31,098 bases of DNA, from the IMG/VR virus record IMGVR_UViG_3300028591_000077. The stretch is one strand, 5' to 3'. The notes beneath the pieces are model-generated. The model saw only the letters and a program-made list of their open reading frames with translations, made no database searches and was not told the origin of the DNA. The first letter of the stretch is position 1. Each line of letters begins with the position of its first letter. Source of the stretch: a virus (lineage: Duplodnaviria > Heunggongvirae > Uroviricota > Caudoviricetes). Shown one piece after another: positions 10,836 through 18,745 of this stretch. The translations under genes were made by a program, and so were the position numbers.

Positions 10836-11591
10836 ATGCAATACACAAATGAACAATTAAAACTTGCTATTTTGAATCATCCAGATGCAAGAGTCCACAT
10901 ATTAAAAGATCCTTATCCAAGATTACCTATTAAAGCAATTAGCATCTCTGGCGAGAACATTGTCATAGATTTCGGCTGGCTTGATTTCGATTATAATCCA
11001 TTTGAGCCTGGCAAACATCCATTTGAAAGCTTTGAATATCCATTAGATTCATATGGTGATAAATGGAAATTTGAAGATGAAGCTATATTGGCAAGTCCGG
11101 ATAAGAATGGTATTTACTCTTTAAGAGACTTCTTAAATAAACATGCATTTGGCGCTTATATTACCTTTGAATTCTATATTGATGGCGAACGTTACCGCTG
11201 CATTGGCACCGATGATTTCAAGATTGAATATGGAAGACGCTGTGAGCATCTACTAGATTCTTACGTCGTTTTAGACTACAAAGAACACTGCCATGGAAAT
11301 GAACAAGGGTCTGACTATGAGCTAACTGTTCAGTCTAAAAAAGAATACGAAAGAAAACAATTAGAAAATGGTCCGGTCGTTTATACCAAAGGACAATCCG
11401 ACATTATAGATAAATATTATGCTGCAACCATGGATTGCCTAATTGGCAATGCAGTTATTATGGACACAGGTTCTGGCTGGGATGCAATGGTCTGCGTTAT
11501 AGAAATGATCGGGAAACTTAGTGAGAGTGACAAAAACAGGATCAGAAGTATTGTCCTTGGCTATAATTATAAAAAATACGTAAAAGATTAA
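10836..11591 (+). CDS. Hypothetical protein
   Basis: 251-aa ORF with AAGGAG RBS. Confidence 0.8.
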   Translation: MQYTNEQLKLAILNHPDARVHILKDPYPRLPIKAISISGENIVIDFGWLDFDYNPFEPGKHPFESFEYPLDSYGDKWKFEDEAILASPDKNGIYSLRDFLNKHAFGAYITFEFYIDGERYRCIGTDDFKIEYGRRCEHLLDSYVVLDYKEHCHGNEQGSDYELTVQSKKEYERKQLENGPVVYTKGQSDIIDKYYAATMDCLIGNAVIMDTGSGWDAMVCVIEMIGKLSESDKNRIRSIVLGYNYKKYVKD

Positions 11592-11593
11592 AT

Positions 11594-11806
11594 ATGGAAA
11601 AACAAGATTTCATTCTTCTAAAAGCCATGGAACAGGGATATGTTTATTATCCGATCGATGTTCCCGATGACTGTTACAAATATACGATCGACTGTCTATA
11701 TTATAATACAAAAATGCAAAAGTATTACTTATATGTCAGCGATGGCGTCGGCGAGCTGTTTTCAGACGAATATAATGTAACTTGGTCATTGGATATGAAA
11801 AAATAA
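11594..11806 (+). CDS. Hypothetical protein
   Basis: 70-aa ORF followed by a terminator hairpin at 11805-11835. Confidence 0.7.
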   Translation: MEKQDFILLKAMEQGYVYYPIDVPDDCYKYTIDCLYYNTKMQKYYLYVSDGVGELFSDEYNVTWSLDMKK

Positions 11807-11886
11807 TACCAAAGCTTAAAATTTGGTATTTTTTTATATACTTACGCCTTTATATGTTGTATAATATTATATAGAGGACGGATACA

Positions 11887-12624
11887 ATGAAACAAGAAAC
11901 ATTTGAAATTATTAAAACAAATTTGGAGAATAGAATCAAGGCTTGTAAAGAACACCTTGATCATATTCAAACTACAGAAGACTTAGCCAATATTTCTATT
12001 AAAGAGTTTATTGAATTAAAGTCATTCGCGAAAAAAGAACAAGTCGACATGACTGAAATCATAATGGTCGACCTTTATCATATTCTTGGCATGGGTGAGC
12101 TTACTATGCCACAAAGAAATATATTTTTAAAGCTTATCAATGAATACATGTCTTATCGTTCAGATATCAAAATGCTATCTGTAGTCGATAATATTGAAAA
12201 GCTTCCAAAGCTTCCGAGTCGTTCATCATTCAAATTACATAAACTTGGCGATATCACGTTAGTGTCTAAGTTACGCGGACGCTGCGATGATGACGTTGAG
12301 CCAATAGTAGAATCAGTTAAAGTAGAAGATTATGGCGAAGCAAAGCACAATGACCTTGCGAATACCATTGAGCTGAAATCCATTGAACTTCAAGGAAACA
12401 TCATTGAGTTCAACAGGGAAGACGTCGAAGACGTTATTGCTGTAGTTAATCCTACCGCAAACAAAGACAAGATTTTTAAAGCCGCAGATGGTAGGATTGC
12501 CTATTGCGATATCGTTTGGGATTATGTAGATAATGACCATCAAAAAATCAAAGGCATCTTCGTTACGGCTGCAAAGCGCGATAGCGTTCGTGATAAATTA
12601 AAAAATAAAGGAATTATTCGGTAA
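11887..12624 (+). CDS. Hypothetical protein
   Basis: 245-aa ORF; GAGG RBS; TG-TATAAT at 11858-11865. Confidence 0.8.
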   Translation: MKQETFEIIKTNLENRIKACKEHLDHIQTTEDLANISIKEFIELKSFAKKEQVDMTEIIMVDLYHILGMGELTMPQRNIFLKLINEYMSYRSDIKMLSVVDNIEKLPKLPSRSSFKLHKLGDITLVSKLRGRCDDDVEPIVESVKVEDYGEAKHNDLANTIELKSIELQGNIIEFNREDVEDVIAVVNPTANKDKIFKAADGRIAYCDIVWDYVDNDHQKIKGIFVTAAKRDSVRDKLKNKGIIR

Positions 12625-12929
12625 TGAAGATTGGACATATCACACGTTTGCAAGGCCTTGAGTGGACCAACTATAAACGAACAAATAAATTACACCTTTT
12701 GGCAATTGGCAAATCATCTAACGGAAATTACGTGAGTTATACAATCGATGAACGCAATCATGTAGTTAGGCACTGGTTAGGCGCTTCTGAAGTGCAAAAG
12801 CTAGAACAATCTGATTGGATTAAGACAAATAAGATTTGGGATAGCAATGATTTGTATAATCACACAATACTATGTGCTTTGAAAAAAGAATTAAAAAACT
12901 ATTTACAAACAACACAAAACGCGATATAA
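12624..12929 (+). CDS. Hypothetical protein
   Basis: TAATG overlap with the upstream gene; 101 aa. Confidence 0.7.
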   Translation: MKIGHITRLQGLEWTNYKRTNKLHLLAIGKSSNGNYVSYTIDERNHVVRHWLGASEVQKLEQSDWIKTNKIWDSNDLYNHTILCALKKELKNYLQTTQNAI

Positions 12930-12951
12930 TAAAGATATAGAGGTAAACGAT

Positions 12952-13629
12952 ATGAAACGTGAAGACATAAACTATTTCAACAGCTGGGCTAAGAGCTTTA
13001 GAAAATGTTCGCCAGCTCAAGTCATGCAAGCAATCTTAGAAGGTATTTGGATTGCTAGCAACAAGGATCCTGAAGATATTTATTTGGTATATCCTAAACT
13101 TATTGTCCGTTCTCTTGGTGGAAGTGCCGAGGTAGACAAAGAGTTTGGCCTATGCCCTTTTGAGTTTTCCATTGAAGACGGCGAAACATATGAGTGGGAA
13201 AAAGAAGATAAAGAAGCTAACAAACCATCTTATCAACGCAGACACAAGGGCAGAGATATCAATAGCTTTGGAATCAACTGGCACTTAGATAAATACGAAA
13301 TGCGCAAAGCCGTTACTAAAACCGGTCTTGAACTTGCTAAGCGTTACAATATCACCGAGGAAGAAATAGTCGCGCTTCATAAGAAACATGGCTGGGATGA
13401 TGATGCCATGTATAAAGAGCTTATCGAAAATAGACCTGACCTTTGGGAATCACTTCATGATGGTGGACAAAAGTTCTGCAATCTTCACGATTTAGCTTTC
13501 AAAGACATTCGTGCTGCGTTCTGTCCGCACTTTGATACTATGTATAATTGGATGGATTATCCAGAAAAAGCTGGATTCCCTGAGATTCCAAACATCGATA
13601 TTAGACCTTGGGGTTGGTCTGCAGAATAA
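12952..13629 (+). CDS. Hypothetical protein
   Basis: 225 aa; own promoter at 12902-12930; GAGGT RBS; 9 Trp, all TGG. Confidence 0.8.
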   Translation: MKREDINYFNSWAKSFRKCSPAQVMQAILEGIWIASNKDPEDIYLVYPKLIVRSLGGSAEVDKEFGLCPFEFSIEDGETYEWEKEDKEANKPSYQRRHKGRDINSFGINWHLDKYEMRKAVTKTGLELAKRYNITEEEIVALHKKHGWDDDAMYKELIENRPDLWESLHDGGQKFCNLHDLAFKDIRAAFCPHFDTMYNWMDYPEKAGFPEIPNIDIRPWGWSAE

Positions 13630-13694
13630 AAAACTGTTTACAATATTATAAAAACGCGATATAATATTAATGAAGAAAATTGAGGAATAAGTTA

Positions 13695-13967
13695 ATGAAT
13701 ATTAGAGATATTAAATGGGATCAAATTAAAGATAGAATTGGTAGATGGGTAAGAACAGAAGCTCATGCAGGTCAAGTCAAATACGACTTAGAATCTGACT
13801 TGAGTGATCCATTTACTATTACTCAATTTACAGTTGACTTTGAAGACGAAACTGTTTCTACTGGTTGGCGTGAAGAACTATCTGGTTATCAAGAAGAAGT
13901 TCCGCTAACGCTAGCAGAAAGAGACGAAGCCGAACAAATGATCAAAGATATGAAAGGAAATAAATAA
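13695..13967 (+). CDS. Hypothetical protein
   Basis: GAGGA RBS favours ATG 13695; promoter at 13637-13665. Confidence 0.75.
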   Translation: MNIRDIKWDQIKDRIGRWVRTEAHAGQVKYDLESDLSDPFTITQFTVDFEDETVSTGWREELSGYQEEVPLTLAERDEAEQMIKDMKGNK

Positions 13968-13970
13968 TTC

Positions 13971-14525
13971 ATGGAAAAACAAATTGGAAAAGTAAACTTC
14001 ACAAAAGGTCATGTCACTGTCACAGACCCTTGTTATTCTAAAGGCACTTGGTGCGCTGCAGAAGTGGATAACGTCTTCAAAGGCGAATGGGAAGCCTCTA
14101 TCGATATGAAAGACTGCGGCGACTGGGGAAATAGAGTTGCCAAGTTAATCTTAAAAGCAGTCGGCCAAACTGCAGTAAAGTATCAAAAGCTTTCTGCAGA
14201 TATCGGCGTTGATGCTGGTGTTTGCGGCGTATTCGAAGACAAGCCAGATTATGGCGATGGTGCTTGGGGTAGTGTCTGCGATGAGCTTGGCTATAAAAAT
14301 TATGGTTTAGCAACTCCAACTAATAATTTTCACTGTGAAGGTGCTTGGTCATCTAGTGGTTATGGTGATGGAAGTTATGAGGCTACAATCGGAATCAACG
14401 AAGACGCTGAAGTAGTTGAAATCACTATTGACTATTTAGTCGACGAAGTTGATGAAGACGAAGAAGACTACGAAGAATCAGACGAAGATATTTCGGGAGA
14501 CGATGCAGAAGCATTTGAGATGTAA
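13971..14525 (+). CDS. DUF4241-like protein with acidic tail
   Basis: VTDPCY, GVDAGVCG and SSGYGDGSY motifs; D/E-rich C-terminus. Confidence 0.55.
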   Translation: MEKQIGKVNFTKGHVTVTDPCYSKGTWCAAEVDNVFKGEWEASIDMKDCGDWGNRVAKLILKAVGQTAVKYQKLSADIGVDAGVCGVFEDKPDYGDGAWGSVCDELGYKNYGLATPTNNFHCEGAWSSSGYGDGSYEATIGINEDAEVVEITIDYLVDEVDEDEEDYEESDEDISGDDAEAFEM

Positions 14526-14527
14526 TT

Positions 14528-14818
14528 ATGAAGAAATTATTTTTAGCACTATTAGCAACCATATCACTTTGCTTAACCGGTTGCGGAAACCACGACATCA
14601 GCTGGGGAAGCTATAACTTCCACTATGTTCACGTTCAGATGTATGGCATGACAGAACCTATCCATCTTCACGTCAAGTCTTGGAAAAGCGACGATGGCGG
14701 AATCGAGTTGAAAGTCGCTTTTGAAAAACAAGAGACCACTATCCTTTTAGGTGATGGAACATACATGATGTATGATACAGAAACTTGCCCTGTCTGCGGA
14801 GAAGTGGAGTACAGATAA
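14528..14818 (+). CDS. Small lipoprotein
   Basis: MKK + hydrophobic stretch + LTGC lipobox. Confidence 0.8.
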   Translation: MKKLFLALLATISLCLTGCGNHDISWGSYNFHYVHVQMYGMTEPIHLHVKSWKSDDGGIELKVAFEKQETTILLGDGTYMMYDTETCPVCGEVEYR

Positions 14819-14819
14819 T

Positions 14820-15149
14820 ATGTATAAAGTAAAAGATATCGCTGATGGAATGATCGTATGGAAAGGCAATACCGTTATCGGAGTTAAAGGAATGACCTTA
14901 CCAGAAAGCTTTTATGATTGTGATTGCATTAAGCTTCCAGGAAACGCTTTCGATTATTCACTTGCGCCATTTAATAAATATACAGAAGAACAACTTGCAT
15001 TTATTAAGAAGGCTGAAGCCGAATGGGATGAAGGCGACGAAGAAGTCGATCACAAACCAGAATATGGAATCAAGTATGGCGAAGACGAAGACGTTCCGCT
15101 AACCGATTTATTCAGCCAAAGCATTCCAGACGACGACTTACCTTTCTAA
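14820..15149 (+). CDS. Acidic protein ending in an SSB-like DDDLPF tip
   Basis: ATG 14820 directly after the upstream TAA; 109 aa; C-terminus SIPDDDLPF. Confidence 0.75.
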   Translation: MYKVKDIADGMIVWKGNTVIGVKGMTLPESFYDCDCIKLPGNAFDYSLAPFNKYTEEQLAFIKKAEAEWDEGDEEVDHKPEYGIKYGEDEDVPLTDLFSQSIPDDDLPF

Positions 15150-15160
15150 GGAGAAAAACA

Positions 15161-15637
15161 ATGGACAAAGTTCAAGAGCTAGACAAAGAAATCAAAAGCC
15201 TCGAAGCCCAGATTGAGGCTATGGAAAACAAGAAGTGGAAATTAGAGGATAAGAAAATCGCCATCGAAAGACAGAACCTCAAAGACAAAGTTAAGGACTT
15301 CTTCAAAGAAGGCGAAGTCTATATCGAATGGAAAAGCGATCATGATATCCCATACCACTGCGACCTTTTCACTATCCATGAATTCCTAGTCAGAAGCCAA
15401 AGCGGATTCAAAGTCAGGAGCTTCAGATTCCATTATTCAGACGGAGACGTTTTCACAGTCATCGAAAAAGAACATATCGCAGACGCAAACCTCATGGACA
15501 AACTAGAAGGCGACAAAATCCAAACGCTTGAATCCATCGGCTATGATTTAAACAAAATCATCGAAGAACTAGTGATGAACCCAGACAAAGCGGAAGACTG
15601 GTTCAAGGCGAACAAACCAGAGAACGTAAAATGGTAA
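15161..15637 (+). CDS. Hypothetical protein with N-terminal coiled coil
   Basis: AAGGAG RBS; heptad-like first ~40 aa. Confidence 0.75.
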   Translation: MDKVQELDKEIKSLEAQIEAMENKKWKLEDKKIAIERQNLKDKVKDFFKEGEVYIEWKSDHDIPYHCDLFTIHEFLVRSQSGFKVRSFRFHYSDGDVFTVIEKEHIADANLMDKLEGDKIQTLESIGYDLNKIIEELVMNPDKAEDWFKANKPENVKW

Positions 15638-15903
15638 TAGAAATATCAGAAGGCAAGAAACATAAGGTAATAGAATTCCCAAAGTATTTCGAGGATAAGG
15701 GATTCAGGAGATGCTATACCAAAGCTCAATTCGACTACCTGACCTCAGAAGACTACAGAACTCCCCGCATGTATTTCGACTACAAGAAGAAGTTGATATA
15801 CTTCCACGAGTGGTACGAACCTGCGCTTACAGGAGACTGCGACTACGCTTGGGATGCGCCTTGCGACTACAAAAAGAAAGTGTTCGTCATTTGGAGCAAT
15901 TAA
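15631..15903 (+). CDS. Hypothetical protein
   Basis: 90-aa ORF overlapping the upstream stop. Confidence 0.7.
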   Translation: MVIEISEGKKHKVIEFPKYFEDKGFRRCYTKAQFDYLTSEDYRTPRMYFDYKKKLIYFHEWYEPALTGDCDYAWDAPCDYKKKVFVIWSN

Positions 15904-15904
15904 C

Positions 15905-16150
15905 ATGAGAAGCCTTTCATATATGTCAGACAAAGACCTCAAAGATTACATTAAATCTACATTAGCCCTTAAAGATAAATTCGATATCCCTTACGAAGTA
16001 TTAAGGGAAATGAGCGACAGAGAATTCAACTGCCTAGTGGAGATAGCGCAAGAGAAAGCGCAGGTAAGACAGCGTTCTGTGATAGACGGACTAAGGGTGA
16101 ACCCAGGATTTGCAGGTCCGATAACTAAAATAAAAACCAACAAGAAATAA
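15905..16150 (+). CDS. Hypothetical protein
   Basis: GGAG RBS, ATG 15905, 81 aa. Confidence 0.65.
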   Translation: MRSLSYMSDKDLKDYIKSTLALKDKFDIPYEVLREMSDREFNCLVEIAQEKAQVRQRSVIDGLRVNPGFAGPITKIKTNKK

Positions 16151-16194
16151 ATGAAATCAACCAAATTTCGTTTTTCTTTATCGTATAATATAAC

Positions 16195-16346
16195 GGTTAA
16201 GAAATCAAAACGCGAGTTTCAAGGGAACGAATCCAGGTGACTCCAAAAAAGCGTTCCGGGTGATATACTGGAAAGGGTCATGCGACACAGTTAATCGGCA
16301 ATCGTCAAGCCTACATCCCGCCAGCCGAATAAGCTGGTCTTTTTTT
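16195..16346 (+). ncRNA. Putative structured ncRNA of unknown class (~150 nt)
   Basis: TATAAT at 16184-16189; GC-rich with no meaningful ORF; complementary blocks GGAACG/CGTTCC, TCCAG/CTGGA and GTGACTC/GGGTCAT; terminator CCAGC-cgaataa-GCTGG then T tract. Confidence 0.55.
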
Positions 16347-16419
16347 ATTCTCCGGCCTTTATAAAAAAATATATAGAGAAGATATTCACATTATAATCAT
16401 CAGCATACAGTTTCATTAA

Positions 16420-16605
16420 TATATATATAGGACAGTAAAGGACAGGAAAGCATATAGGACTATATATACGTCGACTGTATATCATATGGCGGGCGTCAGA
16501 AGGCATCAGAGGGCGTTAAGCAAACGTCAGACAATAGGGCGACGGCGAAATTTCGGCGATTTCGTTTTTTAATAATTTAATAATTTAATAAATTAATAAC
16601 AAAAT
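16420..16605. repeat. 10-nt-phased repeats, GATTTCGTTTT box and AT-rich tandem repeats (origin-like)
   Basis: AGGACAG at 16429 and 16439; GGGCGTCAGA/AGGCATCAGA/GGGCGTTAAG at 16491-16520; TTAATAA(A/T) repeats at 16570-16600. Confidence 0.5.
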
Positions 16606-16694
16606 TTACGCTAAATTAAGTGAAGAAGTTAAAAAAGCTAGTAATAGGCTCTTAAGCTGGTTTGCTTAAGATTTTTATTAAGGAGATGGTCTTT

Positions 16695-17081
16695 ATGCAG
16701 ATGGAATTCGAGACAGACAGACAGAGACGAGATTTGATTTACGATTGCGTGAAGCTCTTGGCCCAGGCGAAGTCCCTTCCTATATATGCTAAGGCGACGG
16801 GCAAAGGGGTCGGCGACCAATGCTACCACGTCACCATAGGCGACAAGACCGTCGCGGCTCACGTGTTGGCCACTAAGTATTCCACTAAGTTCTTAGGGCA
16901 GGCGGAGTTCGTCGTCAAGGTTCCTTTTGACATCTTCGACGTAGATTCCGCTGAGTATGCCGCCGTCGACATGAAGTTCGACGAGCATGAGAAGGTCGCC
17001 AAGGTATACGCGAGGGTCGGACAACTAATATATAACGAATGAATTGAATGACGTCGTTCTAAATGGCCGAAGATAAACTAG
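16695..17081 (+). CDS. Hypothetical protein (likely TGA readthrough at 17040 and 17049)
   Basis: AAGGAG RBS; readthrough gives NE[W]IE[W]RRSKWPKIN-TAG, and a terminator hairpin (17080-17106) starts exactly at that TAG. Confidence 0.7.
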
Positions 17082-17161
17082 ATTCGATTTTCTCGGATCT
17101 TTTTTATTTATGTGCGCAAAATTGGGGAGATTTCGTTTTCGGGCATCGTATAATATAATGT

Positions 17162-17662
17162 ATGGATCCAGATTACTTAAAGAAGTACGAACAAATTTAT
17201 AAGAAGACCGAAGTCGACAATAGGATGATGTATGACCCGGCGTCCATGAAAAGCGTCTCAGCCACTAACGCCGCACAGAGCGCACATCAGAAGGTCATGG
17301 TAAGAAAATCACTTGTCAAAGAGGCCCTTCTCTTATTGGCGAAGTATAAGAACACGAGACTGTTGCTCGACGACTTGACGGCCCAAGAGGCATGGGGACC
17401 TATGGATCCAGTCGGCTATTCGACCAGTTATATCTTACGCTTGGTGGACGCCGACAAACGTTACATGAAGGAAATGCTCGGCGATTGGAGCAATGTCAAG
17501 GATACGATGTTAATGTTGATTAACGAATCCGACTTCGAGCCTCAATACACTCCGACCGACTATGAGCTCGGCATTAAACGCGAAGACTACGACATCAAGA
17601 CGTTGGTGACGGTGAGAGTCGCAGCCAAGATATTCCTCGCTTGGCAGAACGCAAACAAATAA
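17162..17662 (+). CDS. Hypothetical protein, probably leaderless mRNA
   Basis: 166 aa; TATAAT at 17149-17154; no SD. Confidence 0.75.
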   Translation: MDPDYLKKYEQIYKKTEVDNRMMYDPASMKSVSATNAAQSAHQKVMVRKSLVKEALLLLAKYKNTRLLLDDLTAQEAWGPMDPVGYSTSYILRLVDADKRYMKEMLGDWSNVKDTMLMLINESDFEPQYTPTDYELGIKREDYDIKTLVTVRVAAKIFLAWQNANK

Positions 17663-17663
17663 G

Positions 17664-17694
17664 AAAAACGAAATCAGGGAGATTTCGTTTTTTA
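17664..17694 (+). terminator. Terminator built from two inverted copies of the GATTTCGTTTTT box
   Basis: AAAAACGAAATC-aggga-GATTTCGTTTTT. Confidence 0.7.
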
Positions 17695-17782
17695 CTATAT
17701 TAGTGAAATCAGGGCGTTTTCGTTTCGGCGGAATCGTCCTGTTTTCAATTTTGGGAGATTTTGAATTTTCTTGAAAAAACGC

Positions 17783-17855
17783 TTTACTTTACAAACTAAC
17801 CGTGATATAATATAATGGGAGGTGTTTTTTTTTAAATAAAAAAAACACCTTTTAT
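17783..17855 (+). promoter_or_regulatory. Sigma-A-type promoter immediately followed by a 13-bp hairpin/terminator, convergent with the sRNA
   Basis: TTTACT-17-TATAAT (17783-17811); AGGTG-T8/A8-CACCT stem at 17820-17850 then TTT. Confidence 0.6.
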
Positions 17856-17861
17856 TGTCTA

Positions 17862-17994
17862 TAAAAAAGAGGCTCGACGAACCGAAGGAACGTTGAGCCA
17901 AGGAGGAATTGCCTAGCAAGGAGGACGGGCTAGGCGTGAACGAATGTCATGAGTGCCGGGAATTGTTGTGTGAGGAATATTAATGGCACTCACT
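17862..17994 (-). ncRNA. Putative trans-acting sRNA with multiple anti-Shine-Dalgarno seeds
   Basis: Minus-strand promoter TTTACA-17-TATAAT with TG extension (18028-18000); three stems; unpaired AAUAUUCCUCAC, CCGUCCUCCUU and AAUUCCUCCUU; terminator with cUUCGg in the loop and a UCUUUUUU tail. Confidence 0.65.
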
Positions 17995-17999
17995 ATTAT

Positions 18000-18028
18000 A
18001 TTATACAGTATCTTTTTCTAAATGTAAA
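18000..18028 (-). promoter_or_regulatory. Consensus sigma-A-type promoter on the minus strand (the only one I found)
   Basis: Reverse complement reads TTTACA tttagaaaaagatactg TATAAT. Confidence 0.8.
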
Positions 18029-18147
18029 CGGCAAATTTACCTAATTTCGTTTTTACTAAAAATGTTAAAAAAACAGCTATATTATGCCTGAAAATGCTGT
18101 ATAATATAATAGGTAAGTATTATGAAATAATACTTAACGGGCAAATT

Positions 18148-18354
18148 AAGGAGATTTCATTTTCTAATAAATTAATAATTTAATAAACTAATAAATTAAT
18201 GATTTAATAAATTAATAAGGCTGAAAATTTCATATCTATACTAATATTAGTATAGTACTATATATTATAAGCCTTATATATGAGCTCTAAAGTATTATAT
18301 AATATTCTATATAAATATAAGACAAAGAGGCGCGCATGCGTACGCACGCGTATA
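18148..18354. repeat. AT-rich tandem repeats, 20-bp perfect palindrome and alternating purine-pyrimidine tract
   Basis: TTAATAAA-like repeats at 18165-18218; CTATACTAATATTAGTATAG at 18236-18255; GCGCGCATGCGTACGCACGCGTATA at 18330-18354. Confidence 0.6.
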
Positions 18355-18368
18355 AAGGAGATTATGAC

Positions 18369-18680
18369 ATGAAACCAGAAGTAAAATCCAATAAGTCAGC
18401 CGCCATCAGATGTCCACATTGCGGATGAGAATACCATCCTAGCGAAATCTACGTCGGCAATGAGCTCTGGGGCGTTCCAGATTCAGTGGTAAAGGATGCG
18501 TTGGGGAAAATCCTATATGAGGACTACGCCGACGGGGACGAACCACAATCGGTAGAGCATTTCGAATGCGAGAACTGCGGCAAGCCATTCGTCATAGAGG
18601 CCAATCTTAGCTTCAAGACCAAGAAAGAGGAAGAAGAGCTGGATTTCTCAGAACAATATGTCTCCCTATTGGACGACTAA
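18369..18680 (+). CDS. Zinc-ribbon protein, 103 aa (TGA=Trp)
   Basis: AAAGGAG RBS; CPHCG[W]EY ... CENCG; TGA at 18426. Confidence 0.75.
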
Positions 18681-18745
18681 TCGTAATTAGGGAGTTTTCG
18701 TTTTTGTCGAAATTTGGGTGTTTTCGAATTTAGGGAGATTTCGTT

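Noticed and set aside
16220-16285. HDV-like/theta ribozyme or twister in the ncRNA
   Set aside because: P1- and P2-like pairings exist, but there is no P3/L3 and no J4/2 catalytic C; twister P4 is absent; no adjacent tRNA.
16225-16325. c-di-AMP (ydaO) riboswitch resemblance (GAATCC...GGGTGA...AGGG...CGTCA..GC)
   Set aside because: Only scattered word matches, without the conserved P1 and GGGGGA core; needs cmscan.
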